Assembly (NCBI GenBank): GCA_010093995.1
Contig: ML992507.1
Location: 1-64,000 of the forward strand
DNA from: Elsinoe ampelina
Taxonomy: Eukaryota
DNA length: 64,000 nt
Reading direction: 5' to 3'
The notes under the pieces were generated by a model. That model had not been told where the DNA came from, did no database searches, and worked only from the letters and a program-made list of their open reading frames with translations. Of this stretch, positions 1 through 12,960 are shown in pieces (the stretch's first letter is position 1; the number at the start of each line of letters is the position of its first letter). The position numbers and the translations under genes are program-made.

Positions 1-200
1 TGTAATTAGCTTGTTTAAGCCGTTTAAACCGTTTAATTAAAGGGTTAATGCGGGCTACTATAAGTGTTTGTCTTAATGTAGCTAGTCTAGAATTTAGTAT
101 AGGCGGCTTAGTAATCCTTTTAATAATAACACGCTTAATTTGCTATAGCTTTAAGTGCTTTTGTAGAAGCGCCGGGCTTATAACCTGTTATAACTAGCAA
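1..200. mobile_element. RIP-mutated AT-rich repeat/transposon remnant (window edge)
   Basis: Strong excess of TA/TAG/TAA/CTA and depletion of CA/TG, the same signature as 54.9-58.2 kb; no ORF; composition returns to normal at ~200. Confidence 0.65.
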
Positions 201-694
201 ATCGGATCGAGAGACGTATGTTTCATTCAGAGAGTTACAATAACCGATTTATCTACTATACGTGCGCTGACTCATCAGTACCAGTTCTTCAGTACCAGAG
301 AAGCTGTACCAGCCTTCCATTACAACACCTGTCACCGCCTTTCACCGACAATCATGCCACCCACCGTTATTCAGGAACTGTGCCAGACGATGTCGGCTGT
401 GACCGAGAACATTGATTGGGTGACCCATTACGATATGATCTCTGCAGGGACGTATTCCAGGTGGACTTGAGTCAGTTCTTAACCTGTCAGCCGTGTCGGA
501 AGCGGCGTACCCTGCATTGGCAACGAGCGTTAGCTTTCTGGTACCGCGTATGCACTCGCCGTTCATCGGAGAGCTTCCGTCGGTGCGCTGATGGATCAGA
601 TAAGTTCTTATAGGGAGTGTTCTCCTGTACAAGTCATTATTCCCACCAAGCATCCCAAGACACAGTCGATCATCAAGTCTACAAGCCACTGATT

Positions 695-1428
695 ATGCGC
701 TCCTTCATCATTCTTACTACCTGTGCGGCCGCAGTGTCGGCTGTATCAGATGCCTACTTTGAAAAGCTCCTGAAGCGCCAGGCTCCAGGTACACCTCAGT
801 ACGACTGCCATGCAGCATGTGGTAGGTGTCGTGTCAGTGCGGTCGAGTTGGTGCATCCTCTAATTGCATCATAGGTGGCGTTATCACCGCTTCGCGAACC
901 GAAGGCTTCTGTGATACCGACTCTTTCAAGACCAACTTCGACAGCTGCATGGACTGCGCTTTGGTCTACAACATCTGGCAGTACTATGGTAGCAGCGTAG
1001 GCCGTGCCGCCACGACTTGCGGGCTTGAGGCGAACCCGACCCCTGCCACGGCGGCTACCACGTCCTCAGACTCCCCAAGCAGCTCAGCTGTAACACAGAC
1101 AACATCCGAGGCAGCATCTTCTACTACCTCCGCAAGCAGCACTGCCGAGGCTGTAACCACTGCCTCCACGTCGACTACTTCTAGTGCTTCCTCCGCATCT
1201 GCATCGACTTCCGCTGTGATCAGCTCAACTGCTGGATCTACAAGTATTGCCGTAAGATCATAGGCAATGCCCGGCGTCAACGAGCTGACATCATCACAGG
1301 CCAATGCTACCACTCCCACGACGTCTTCTCCCCCTATTGCTTCACTCACCGGTGCGGCTGATATGACCCGTGCGAAGGAAGGCGCAGTCGCCGTCGGATT
1401 TGGCATCGCTGCGTACATGTTGCTTTAG
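695..1428 (+). CDS. Secreted, probably GPI-anchored Ser/Thr-rich cell-wall protein (3 exons)
   Basis: Signal peptide MRSFIILTTCAAAVSA; Cys-rich N-domain (YDCHAACG..FCD..SCMDCAL..YG..V..A..CG); Ser/Thr/Ala stalk; hydrophobic C-terminus (AVAVGFGIAAYMLL*). Introns at 822-874 and ~1252-1299. Confidence 0.8.
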
Positions 1429-1574
1429 CAAGGGGAAAAGGCCAGACGGAGCTTGCAATGGGTCTAGGCGAGGAAGATCCGAGGCACACGCGGCATTTGA
1501 TTCAACAGCCTACCAAGTACACAGAATAGTAATAATATACCCCATCCTTTGATAATCAAGCTATGTCTTCTATT

Positions 1575-2012
1575 TCACCATTGGGAAATTACACCACTGG
1601 CCTCTCGCGCAGCAGGTACATGTGCTTCGACTTCAACCTCGACCTTCATCCCGAATGCTAGACTGGCTACCCCAATGCCAGATAGGATGGGACTATGATC
1701 AGGCATCCACTTGCGCATACACTCCACGAAATGTTTGACGCCATCCTCGGGAAGATCGGCAGTATGATATAGCCTCACTGCATAGACATTCCTCCAGCTA
1801 GCCCCTGCCTGGCTCAGAGTGTGCTCCACGTTGTCGAAGGTGCGATTAATCTGTTCAAAGATGTCGTCGGGGACCTCCCTGGTAGTACGATCCCATCCGC
1901 CTTGCCCTGCTGTCTTTATGATGTTGTCTATCCGCACGGCTTGGTTGTAGTGGGTGTGCTCGAGGACGTACTCTCCGAAGCCGGCGTACGTGTAGTATTG
2001 AAGGTGGGACAT
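1575..2012 (-). CDS. RidA/YjgF/YER057c/UK114 family protein
   Basis: 145 aa with YNQAVRIDN..I.TAGQGGWD, QI...FDNVE..L..AGA.W..V and GV..LAFGMKVEVEVEA motifs, typical of the family. Confidence 0.85.
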   Translation of the reverse strand: MSHLQYYTYAGFGEYVLEHTHYNQAVRIDNIIKTAGQGGWDRTTREVPDDIFEQINRTFDNVEHTLSQAGASWRNVYAVRLYHTADLPEDGVKHFVECMRKWMPDHSPILSGIGVASLAFGMKVEVEVEAHVPAAREASGVISQW

Positions 2013-2449
2013 AATTGAGGCTCGTGCAAAGTGAAATGAGGAGTATCACTCTGCCTCTCATGCTGTACGACCTACTAGTTCTACTCCCTTTATACGCTGT
2101 CCGAGAGGACTCCTCCGGTCATTTCTGACAAATGCAACTCCAGAGCTGCCGTATCCAACAAACCTTGCATTGGCGCTCACGCTCGCCAAGGCGTTCATCA
2201 GGAAGCGAATGTCTTGGTCGCTTGGCTCCAATGTTGATGCTGACAAACATACATTTGTAAAGAACACCGCCTGATCCTTGGTTGATCGCAAAGAATGCAA
2301 GTGGATTCAAGAAGCTCAAAAGCACTTCGAGACCCGAAATCGGCCAGAGTCGGCTTGAACGAGTGGGGAACAGCGATGGCGTCAGTCAAACAGTAGCCAA
2401 TTTTTGTTTCTTCATGTCAAGTACGCCCTTGCTTGACAATGTACTGAGA

Positions 2450-3970
2450 ATGCTGGGAAAGCCTTCTTCTATATCACATATATCAGCGTTTGTGCAATTG
2501 AGTCGAGCAACAACCAGACCGGACTTCTTTGCGACTCGTGCTTTCAGCACCACTACTATGAGAGGAGATCCGTTCAGACCTGCGGCGAGAGTCGCAGGCC
2601 AGCGACAGGATGTTTGGTGAGCACGGCGAGCTTCAATGCATAAGTCTGGACTGACGCTCTCAGGTCCATTGTCAACGAGGCAGCTGCTGCGTCGACAAAG
2701 CCAGTGGTGAATCTCGGCCAGGGCTTCTTCGGCTACAATCCTCCAAAGTTCGTCATTGAAGCTGCGAAAGGGGCTCTCGACCGTGTGGAATGCAACCAAT
2801 ACTCTCCCACAAAGGTATGGACAGTACCAGTGTCTTATCTCGAGCTCGACTAAGTCGTGCGACAGGGAAGACCAAGATTAAAGAAGGCAATCGCGGATGC
2901 ATACTCGCCCTTCTTCGGCCGCACCATCAACCCCGAAACCGAGGTCACGATCACCACTGGAGCCAATGAGGGCATGTTATCGGCATTCATGGGCTTTCTT
3001 GAGCCAGGCGACGAGGTCATTGTCTTCGAGCCATTCTTCGACCAATACATCTCCAACATCGAAATGCCAGGCGGGAAAGTAGTCTACGTACCCTTGCAAC
3101 CGCCAAAAGAAGGAGCTGAGAGGGTCACATCTGCATCCGAATGGACGGTGGACGTCAAGGCATTGGAAGCTGCCATCACGGACAAGACAAGGATGATCGT
3201 CCTGAACAGTCCTCACAACCCGGTAGGCAAGGTCTTTTCCAAAGACGAGCTGGTAGCTATCGGCGACCTATGCGTCAAGCACAACATTATCATTCTCAGT
3301 GATGAGGTGTATGACAGGCTGTACTATGTGCCATTCACCCGTGTAGCGACTCTAAACCCGGAGGTTGCGAAGCTTACTCTTACTGTTGGATCGGGCGGCA
3401 AGAACTTCTATTGCACGGGATGGAGAGTGGGTTGGCTCATCGGACCTGAGCACTTGATCAAGTATGTCAGTGCTGCACACACTCGCATCTGCTATAGCAG
3501 TGTAAGTCCGCTGCAAGAGGCGACGGCCATTGGGTTCGAGGAAGCGGACAAGCAAGGTTTCTGGGACGAGACGAAGCAGGAGATGAAGGGCAAAATGGAC
3601 CGGTTCAACGAGATCTGGAAGGAACTCGGTGTGCCAGTAAGTAGTGCCATCCTACTGGTTCCTCTAAGCTGACGTTGTGTAGTACTCAGAACCCGACGGC
3701 GGCTATTTCGTCCTAGCCAACCTCGCCAAAGTACAATTACCCGAAGGCTACGACTTTCCAGCACATGTGGCAAATCGGCCACGAGACTTCAAGCTCTGCT
3801 GGTTCTTGATCAAGGAACTTGGTATTGCAGCTATCCCACCAACAGAATTCTACACAGACGCAAACTCCCACATAGCAGAAGACTGGATGCGATTCGCAGT
3901 GTGCAAAGACGATGCGGTACTGGAAGACGCAAAGGAGCGACTGCGGGGGCTAAAGAAATACATGAAATAG
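2450..3970 (+). CDS. BNA3: Kynurenine aminotransferase / glutamine transaminase K (PLP class I/II), with N-terminal mitochondrial-like presequence
   Basis: VVNLGQGFF, TTGANEG, NSPHNPVGKVF, SDEVYD and SGGKNFYCTGWRVGW (PLP Lys) motifs; introns near 2620-2663, 2814-2866 and 3637-3682. Start is ambiguous (in-frame ATGs at 2414, 2450 and 2558). Confidence 0.88.
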
Positions 3971-4251
3971 ATATGTATATACAAGACATGCAAAATGCAA
4001 GAGCGAAATGCTTCGCCGCGTTGCAAACCAGGTTGGTGGTCGACCAGGGGCAATGCATCCGATCTTCGATGCTGACGTCGATCACCGTTCCTTCGCTTCT
4101 TTCTTCCACTTTGGGTCAGGCACGCATCACCAAACTGCCAAACCACTGGACCAAGCACTCGAAATAAGCATCAACTTGGAAGTTCGTCCTCTCTACGCCT
4201 AATTTCAACGACTACGACCTCATGTTTGCTTGGTAACTTGACCATGCAAAC

Positions 4252-6198
4252 ATGGACAACACCATCCTCCTCGTCGTATCAGCATTGACACTAGTTGCAT
4301 CTTGCGGTCTCAGTATTGGTCTCACATATCTGCCCTGCTATTCGGCCATCTGCGTGGAAGAGTTCTTTCCCTACAAGTATGTCTTCTCATACTCAGTACA
4401 GCAGGATCACGTCGCTGATGATCACATAGTGTCCGTATCCACATTGCCTCCTACTACACTATTTTGTCTTTGATACTACTCTCTCTGGTGTTGCAGCGGA
4501 CCAATGCGAAGTTCAAGCGTGTCCTGAATACATATGTCTCCACCAGACCAATCCCCTTCACTGCTATCCGCTTGACCGTAGGCGGCACACTTCTCATAGG
4601 AGCTATTGCACTACTCTTGGGCGGAGCTTTAGGCTACTTCATCGGCGACCAGCTGGACTTCTATCGTGCGCGATCCATCGCAGCAGACGACACTAGCAAT
4701 GGATACATGCGCCTCGCTGCTGTCGGCTTCACCGGCCACCTGACCGATGTTCTGATGGGTCTGATCATCTTGCCCATCAGTCGTACGAGTGTTCTCAGCC
4801 GCACTCTCCAGCTATCCCCAGGAAGCCTTCTCACCTTTCATCAGTGGATCGGCTACCTATTCTTTCTGGCAGTCACCTTGCACACTGTCTTGTTCTACGC
4901 ATGGGTGCCAATCTTTGCGCTAGCACCTGAGGACTCGGCCCTCAAGGAAGCATTCGCCATTGATAACCCGACAGTCTCGCATTCTGAGTCAGTCCGGCGG
5001 GGACCTTACTCGATGAGCGTTCTAGCTAGCGGAATGCTGAGCTTCGTCATCTTTGTAGCTATCATCATCACGAGCTTGCCCGTCGCGAGAAGGAAAAGAT
5101 ATAACGTCTTCTACATCACGCACGGACTCAGCATTCTCTTCTTCATCTTCACATGTATGCATGCTTCCACAGACTTCTATATGCTTCTCCCTGGTCTAGT
5201 GTTGTGGATACTGGATTGGTCCCTACGGATTAAGGGATTGAGTACGAATGTAGACGCACAGCTTCAGGCAGAAGGCAATGGCTGGTATCGGATCACCCTA
5301 CCGATCGAGAGTCTGTCGAAAACCACCAGGAAAGCACTCACCAGCGCGGATCGATATCCACTCACTAGCTGGTATCTCAATGCGCCGGCTACATCGAAAT
5401 GGCAGATCCATCCTTTCACTCCTGCAAGACAGCGTCACAGTACGTCAGCTGAAGAGATAAAAGCCGTCGTATTCCTGTGGAGAGTGCCCAGCATGTCGAG
5501 GAAGGAGAAGAAGCAGGCCAAAGAATGGACGACAAGGCTCACCACATTAATCCCTGAGGCTGTCGAAAGTGGCCCAGAAGCCGGCATTTCCATTCAAAAT
5601 GAGCAGAGAAGAAGTGTTGGTATCGTATTGCGTCTCGAAGGCCCTTATCCTCTAGCCCATCGACCATTTGAGCGATACAACCATGTCGTGTGTGTAGTGG
5701 GTGGTACTGGTATCACGGGTGCATTATCATTAGCGGAGCACTTCATCGAGCTGTGTAACACCAACAAGTCTGGCTCAGAGAGCACCCCAGCGGGTTTCAT
5801 AACAAGCCGGATGACTGTGATATGGACGCTAAAGGAGGCCGAGGATGCAGATTTGACAGATGTCAAGGGTAGGCAATTGACTCCATCCCGTCAGCACGAC
5901 ACTGATTATTATAGATCTCCTGCAATTGACTCAGGAAATGGGTGCCAACCTGACGATCAGAAAGCACCTTACGGGTCCGGGTAGACAGAGGCTTGATATC
6001 CATAGCAGTATTGAGGAGCTTATGCACGTATCGCATGGCGAGAAGGGTGATTCAGATGATATCATGTCGACCTGGGTGTATCTCTCTGGTCCCAGTAAGC
6101 TCATGGAGTCTGGCGAGACTGCTTGTATAGATCTGAAGAGGGCACGAGCAGACGGGGCATATAGGTTGGACTGGTATTGTGCCCGGTGGGACGTTTGA
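4252..6198 (+). CDS. Ferric/cupric reductase-like transmembrane protein (FRE/NOX family)
   Basis: Multiple TM helices with heme-ligand His (FHQWIG, LHT, THG, MHA), HPFT FAD motif, EGPY and VGGTGIT NADPH motifs; introns near 4378-4429 and 5869-5914. Confidence 0.85.
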
Positions 6199-6494
6199 TG
6201 GCACGAATATTGATGGCACTGTGAAGTCTTAGTCCAGAGATCACATTGATGTTCAAACATAGTGAAAATTGGACCCATCTTTGTTCATTCAGATTATCAA
6301 GTCATGAGAGGTGAGAATGATGCATTCTTGGCGGGACATGACATTGCGATATATATCAATCATCCACACGTCTTGCACAACTCACATCTACTGTCATCCA
6401 TTCGCTAAAAGCAACTCCTCCTTGACTAGTATATATGTATTGCTACCAAGACAATTGATCAGAGACGGGATAAGTCGATTCTACAGCAGGCAGT

Positions 6495-7760
6495 GATGGA
6501 CGACCAAGAAGAGGCTCCATTTCCGTGGCACCTCGGAGTGTTTGACGCACATTGCCACCCGACGGACACCATGTCATCGATACCGGAGATACCAAAGATG
6601 AAAGCAAGGGTATTGACAGTCATGTCTACAAGACCACAAGATCAAGACCTCGTGGCAAATGCCGCAGCAGGAGACATCGGCTTCAAGGCAGAAGACATGC
6701 ACAATTTGAGCAACGGCGATCAGTAAGATATCATTTCTCATTTCTCATTTCTCATTCCGTCCCTTCCCGTATCTATCTTCCTTGCTGTTTCTACCTCATC
6801 TCAAACATCCCCTAACACCTCCAAAGTCCAACCCGCTTCCTCCCCTCCTTCGGCCACCACCCCTGGTTCTCCCACCTCCTCTTCTCCCCAGCACAATTCC
6901 CCCACAGCACAACCCTCACCCCCTCCCAAGCCCTCACCCACTACCGCACCGTCCTCGTCCCCCCTCCCACAGACGACTTCATCTCCCACCTCCCCCCACC
7001 CCTCTCCCTCACCTCCTTCCTCTCCCAAACCCGCTCCCGCCTGTCCTCCCACCCGTTCGCTCTCGTGGGGGAAATCGGTCTCGACCGCGCCTTTCACTTG
7101 CCCGAGTCATGGGACGACGCAGCGCTGGAGTGCCGCGACGAAGGTCTCACGCCTGGCGGTCGCGAGGGACGGAAGTTGTCCAAGTATCAAGTGAACATGG
7201 AGCACCAGAAGGAGGTTCTGGTCGCCCAACTCAAGTTGGCAGGGGAGATGGACAGGGCGGTGTCGGTGCATGGCGTCCGGGCGCCGGGGGTGCTGTATGA
7301 GACGCTGAGTGGACTGTGGAAGGGGTGGGAGAGGAAGTCGAGGCGGCAGATGGAGAGGGAGGCGAAGACCGGGCGAGCAAAAGCGGGGGAGGGACGGGGG
7401 GATGGCACGAAGCCTTTCCCGCCACGGATATGTCTGCATAGCTACTCTGGTCCGGCGGAGACGGTGGCGATGTATGTGGATGCGAGGGTGCCGGTGGACG
7501 TGTACTTCAGTTTTAGCATGGTGATTAACTTTGCGGGACCGCAGGAGAAGAAGGCGGAGGAGGCGTTGAGGAAGGTGCCGGATGAGAGGGTGTTGGTGGA
7601 GAGTGATCTACATATGGCGGGGGAAAGGATGGATGGGTACTTGGAAGAGGGAGTGAGGAAGATATGTAAGGTCAAGGGGTGGGGGCTGGAGGAAGGGGTC
7701 AGGATACTGGGGGAGAATTGGAAGAGGTTTGTGTTTGGGGAGAAGGAGGGGATGACATGA
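6495..7760 (+). CDS. TatD-family metallo-dependent hydrolase/DNase (Scn1-like)
   Basis: [39 protein letters not shown] and VESDLH motifs; one intron at ~6723-6826. Confidence 0.88.
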
Positions 7761-8316
7761 CTTTGGGGAATTGGTGAGGATACATCGTGTCTATAGTGAA
7801 GATATGACATACGCTCTCGTTCAAGTCTGGATTTCGTGGATTCGTAAGATGGGCAATCACAAGGGGGGGAGCAAAATGTGTCACGTGATCTGTCCGAGAT
7901 CGGAATTTGCTTTGTCGACAAGCGAAGGGATATGCATTCTTTGTCCATCATGGCTATCAAAGGACCAATCTCAATCCGATCCATCCCAGCTTCTGATGTA
8001 ACTACCGGTCAAAGTCATGACGAATGATGGAGCGGACACACATGCCAACATTCACGATCACGTCGTTGCCCGGACGCCGCCACGGAGAATAACAGGAATG
8101 AGATTATAGCGTCATCCGCATCGACAGCAATGCAATGCTTGTTAATACTGGAGATACTTACTTCATACGCATGGCCGCTGAGACCCAAAGCAGCTGAAAC
8201 ACCATGAGTAAGAGAAGGTCATGCCTCGTACAACCATACACTCTAGCCACGGGACCAGCCCACGACTTGCCACCACCTTCACCAGTCTGGGTACTCACCC
8301 GATCATCACTCCATCG

Positions 8317-10452
8317 TCAGTACCTGTACTGCTCTCCACTCTCATCATGAGCCTGATTCCACGAGCTCAGCTGGCCAAACATCTCTGACTCCAGCTGTTG
8401 CAACTCCTCAGTAGCTTCCGTTCGCGCCTGCTCCCGACGGTATCTAGCCTCTGGTGTCTCGTAGCCACATGTGGAGGCATGCTCATATCCAGTTGGAGGA
8501 GGTACTCTAGATTCCTGGACAGTGCTGGTCGATGGCTTCCGGAGATCAAGAGCTTCAATCGATGGCAAAGAAGGTCGTCCTGCATTCGAAGTGGTCCGCG
8601 GGTTGCTGGTGATATTATCCGGGACGACCGACTTCTGAGATTCTCTGCGTGGAGACAGCGATGGCAATCGAAGTTCACCGCTGGCTTTCCGGCTGTTCTT
8701 CCTTCTCGCGCCTGTCTCATCGACCTCTCTGGCTGAAACTCGTCGCAGCCTATGAGCCACCTTGACCTCTGAACTCATGCGGCGTTCGTCGAAGATCCTC
8801 TGGCTAGCCCGTTCTGCTTCACTGGTGCCATACTTACTGCTCATCATCTTCAGCCATCTGGCCATACCAGCTCCATTGGGTCGATTGTTTGTCCGAGTCT
8901 GCCAATCAAATCCATAGAAGTAGGTGTTCCTCTCCCTGGTTGCGTCAGCCAAACCGATCTCTCGAACACGCTTATCAAAGCGGAATTGCTCTACCTCGGC
9001 CTCGAACCCCTCCCTGGCCGCTTTGACTGTTATACCGCGTTCGGCAGCTCGGTCCTCCAAGGCCCGTCTCTTGATGCGAGTAACCTTCTGTAGACCAATC
9101 CTGGTGGTATCTCCTGTGTTCTCGGCAAACTCGCGCGCATCATACTCGCAGAACCATTGGAGAGCCCTTTCGCCTACGATCCAATCGGCGTGCTTGTCCA
9201 GGATGCCATGATTGGAATAGACGTTGGCAATCAGAGGAGCTTCATGTCTGCGCTTGCGCTTCTTCACAGGTCTGCTAGTGTCCGATGGAGATGGGGCTTG
9301 ACTGGACGACGGAGCCGGCTCGCCTGTCAAAATTGGATTGATTTGCGGAGGCTGTCGGATGCTGGCACGATACAAACGTGAGTCCTGAGCAACTATACTC
9401 TCGAACTGCAGCGGATGGTCGACTAGGGACTGAGCAAATGCTCGAGACGGAGCTTTCCCGCCCTCTGCATCGCCAATCACTTCGCCAGTCGGGCGAGCTT
9501 CCGCTTGGCTCGTTTCTGCACGTGTCAGTTGATAGTCGTCCCAGGATGGGGCTAGGGATGTACCCACTTGGTCTCCCAAGCCTCCAGCCTCCAGATCAGC
9601 GGAGGACATTGGCTGCCGCCAGCGCAAGAGACTCTCTCCACCATTGCCCTGCTGGAGAGTGCCGCCTCCATCACGGGCAGGTGGTGGCGGATGCGCATGC
9701 CAACTCTCTACCAGAGGTTGGTGGGTGAACGCAAAGGTATAAGCGGTGGTAGGGCTTGGCCCTGCCGATGAACCTGCAGCGTTGCTGAAACCGGGCCAAT
9801 TCCCGACACGCGCCTCTTCGGTATGTCTGGGGGAAAAGATTTGGTCACTACCAGGGAGCTGGAGTGGGGCCATTCCACGGCTTGTCAGGATCGTATTCAG
9901 CGGGTATTGGGGCGACATTTGGTTGGGCGTTGCAGGGCGGCTGGGGTCGCCCCTCTTCCTTTTGTGAGAAGGTTGAGGACGAGCAAGGATGGCATCGAGC
10001 AACTCCTCTGTCCTGCGTCTGCTCCACTCCGCCATTTCTGCACTCGAGACAGCACGGCATTGATCTGCGTCGCCGCTCAAATTGGCTTGGTTGGGATCCG
10101 ATTGATCGTCGCTGCTGCCGTCGTTGACGAAGAATGGGTCGCTTTCTCGACGCTGCTTGTTAGGCGACAAGTAGGCTGGCTCCTCGAGACCGGGCGGGTA
10201 GTATGGTAGACCGTTATAATAGGGTGGGCGAACCGGGGCTGTCGTCTCGGGCGTGCTAGCGACAAATCGTGTGGCGCTGGCGTCGTGTGGTGAGGAAGGG
10301 CTTGTGGTTATGCTTGGCGCTGATAGCTGCTCATGCCTGGGAGAGACGTTTGAGAGGTGATGTGTGGAGCCGTAGTACGGCGGATTGTTACGCTCTAGGA
10401 GTTGCTGTCGGTTTCGACCATCGCTGTCGTTGTTGGTGGTGGTGGAAGACAT
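8317..10452 (-). CDS. Hypothetical protein (711 aa, largely disordered, NLS-like KRKR/KKRKRR; orphan paralog A)
   Basis: Long uninterrupted ORF with an ATG start; no recognised family; shares a motif with two neighbours (see findings). Confidence 0.7.
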   Translation of the reverse strand: MSSTTTNNDSDGRNRQQLLERNNPPYYGSTHHLSNVSPRHEQLSAPSITTSPSSPHDASATRFVASTPETTAPVRPPYYNGLPYYPPGLEEPAYLSPNKQRRESDPFFVNDGSSDDQSDPNQANLSGDADQCRAVSSAEMAEWSRRRTEELLDAILARPQPSHKRKRGDPSRPATPNQMSPQYPLNTILTSRGMAPLQLPGSDQIFSPRHTEEARVGNWPGFSNAAGSSAGPSPTTAYTFAFTHQPLVESWHAHPPPPARDGGGTLQQGNGGESLLRWRQPMSSADLEAGGLGDQVGTSLAPSWDDYQLTRAETSQAEARPTGEVIGDAEGGKAPSRAFAQSLVDHPLQFESIVAQDSRLYRASIRQPPQINPILTGEPAPSSSQAPSPSDTSRPVKKRKRRHEAPLIANVYSNHGILDKHADWIVGERALQWFCEYDAREFAENTGDTTRIGLQKVTRIKRRALEDRAAERGITVKAAREGFEAEVEQFRFDKRVREIGLADATRERNTYFYGFDWQTRTNNRPNGAGMARWLKMMSSKYGTSEAERASQRIFDERRMSSEVKVAHRLRRVSAREVDETGARRKNSRKASGELRLPSLSPRRESQKSVVPDNITSNPRTTSNAGRPSLPSIEALDLRKPSTSTVQESRVPPPTGYEHASTCGYETPEARYRREQARTEATEELQQLESEMFGQLSSWNQAHDESGEQYRY

Positions 10453-11526
10453 GGTGTCGTTCGTGTCGTCCAGCGACGCGTTTTGCGGGAGAGGTGAAGG
10501 AAGGAGGTAAGTGTGTTTGCGGTATTCTTTTCTATGCAGGCTGAATCAACGAAGCTCTGTGACATTATTAGGTATTGTCATGATCCAAGGAAGCGCTTGT
10601 TCGGTACAATGGTCTTTGTGGGCTTAAACAAAAGTCTTGGTCGCAGTCTTTCTTTGGTGAAAGGATGTCAAGTCTGAATGAAAGAAAGTCGGACAGGCCG
10701 ACTAAGGCTGTGATGATACACAAAGAAACTTTCCGAACCTCTGTGAATGCCAATGCGAGGGACGACGGCAGAGTCCAGCTTGGTTGAGCATTGATGGTGG
10801 TGGAGGTGGCGAGCTGCGGACAGGAAACACAAGGCAAGTGCTGCTTCGCCATTGCCGCGACCCACGATAGTCGAAATTGGCAGATGCTTCGCTCACGGCA
10901 GCATAGCAACAACACATGAATATGGTGATTGCACTAAGAAGGCATTGTCGTCGATAGGAACCTGCTTTCCACCTTCCCCGGCGAATGAGGGACCAGCCTG
11001 TCTCGGCCTCGACCAAGCTAACGCAATCTTACCTTGCTTGGCCAGGTGTTTCTCTATCAAAACCTTGCTGAAACCATTCTGTCGCCCTGCCACCGACTTT
11101 CCCACCTCGTTGCCGTCCAAAGCACGCGCCACCTTCACAGCTTTTGCACCACAATTTCGACTGGCTTACTCTTCCCTCATCCACCACCAACACAGCATAA
11201 GAGCAACACAGCATCCAGATCAACCACATCAAGCACAGTAGCTATCAAGAACCGCCTTATTAGCACTCGGATTCAACGACATTTCGTACCTCACATTCGT
11301 CGCCATCTTCTCCCGTCCTAATTCATCGTGCCTCTCTTCCTCGCCAATAACGCCTCACCTACAGCATCTCCAAACTCTCTCGGATCCATCAAAGGTGCAA
11401 CGACATTCTACTGCCAGGTGAGACTCCCGACCTATCTTGATCGAGACTATTGCACACTTACACCCACTTAGAGACCAAGCAGCCCATCAGCACAATCAGT
11501 ATCGTCCGACGAAGAAGAGCTCGTAC

Positions 11527-12960
11527 ATGGCGTCAACAGTATCAACCTCGATGGTTCAAGCCAACAAGCGCCTAGAAGGAGTGACCAAAATCAAGGTATG
11601 CTTGAACAGGTTGTGATAAAGCTCTACATGAACTAAGCATCGCAGCCGATACCATCAGGGCAACAGCCGGTGGTCGTATAAGCAGACGACGCGACACAAA
11701 CACCACTAGCAATTCGACTACTCGTTCTCAAGCCAATCTCGCGAATGCCAACATCGCCTATCAAAGTGTTCTCAATCTAAGCACTACTGCACCAAGACCG
11801 CGCATAACTCCTTCTTACAGCATCCGAACACCTCGCACTGTCTCTAGTCGCGCACAAATTCCTTCTTCGGTAGCTCACATCACTCAAGGTCGGCCTCCTA
11901 GTCCTGTCCTGAGATCAGTCTATCCACTACCAGATCTACACAATGGAGGCTATCGCGACACGTATACCATCACGCCAGCAGGTAATCATCCAGCCGACTT
12001 CACGCGAGCTCAGCGAGCGGCCAACATGGCAGAGAGCACGAATGAGACCTTTTCAAAGGTCATGACGCTCTCATCAATCCTCCAGAACGTCGACCCATCC
12101 TACATTGTAGGCGACGTGCTCCTCTTCGTGCTGGGGGAGATGGGCTGCTCGGACGGCCAGACGTACGAGACGATGGAGCACATCTTCCGTGCCCGCGGTC
12201 TATCCATCCCCCGCCGGGACTTGTACCGCTCGCGCAAGGCACGCGCGTTGCAGCTCTTGGCGGACAGGGAGAACGAGGCCGGCGGGCAGCCCATCGTCTC
12301 CCGTCAACAAGTCGGCGAGCGCCTCAACGCCCTGCGCCGCTCATCTCCCCCGGCACCGCCCCTCTCCGAGGCCCAGCAATTGGCCCTCTGCAACATCACC
12401 GCTCCGGCCCCTCTTGCTTCTTTGGCAGCACCCTCCGACTCTGGAAAAACCACTGCCCAGCCGCCGGTATCACAATCCGGTGGTGACAATACTCGCAGTG
12501 GTAGCGGTGGTGCAACGGGGGCCACAACAAGTGGAGGCAGCACCAGTCAGTTTTCCTTGCCTTGTCTGTTATCGAGATCTTTGCTGACGTCTTTGCAGAC
12601 CCTCCGACCACTCCCCGCCCCTTCTCCCGCCACATGACGGACGAGCAAATCTCCACCGCCGCTCGGGAAGGTTGGCACACCCCTTACGCGCGCAGGACTC
12701 GCACCCCGTCCTTCAGCGAGACGGCAGCGTACATGGCGACGCCGGTAAGGGGTGATGCGCTGCCCGAGTCGGTGGGGGCAATGGCGGAGAGGTTGGAGAG
12801 GGCGGTGTCGCCAAAGCTGGAGGGGGAGGGGGAGGCAGAGTTGCCAAGCTCGGTGCTGGGGGGATGGGAGGGGGAGATGGGCTTGTTTGGTCTGGGCACA
12901 ATGGGAGAAATGGGGGAGGGGGAGGCAGGAGCGGATGTGGATTGGGTGGAGTGGGAGTGA
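11527..12960 (+). CDS. Hypothetical protein (orphan paralog B), 3 coding exons
   Basis: ATG at 11527 (MASTVSTSMVQANKRLEGVTKIK); intron 11596-11645 joins in frame to an open frame running through the 12026 ORF; intron 12546-12598 joins to the 12562-12960 frame; a further GT-AG intron at ~11418-11471 lies in the 5' UTR. Confidence 0.65.

Noticed and set aside
218..689. Short ORFs next to the RIPed edge
   Set aside because: No family motifs; likely the promoter region of the GPI-anchored protein gene.
6730..6757. (TTTCTCA)n microsatellite in the TatD intron, and the CAAGCA repeat at ~49185
   Set aside because: Trivial short slippage repeats.
6495..7760. TatD nuclease as part of a defence system with the adjacent orphans
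   Set aside because: It is the ordinary conserved fungal TatD/Scn1-like gene; only adjacency links it to the orphans.
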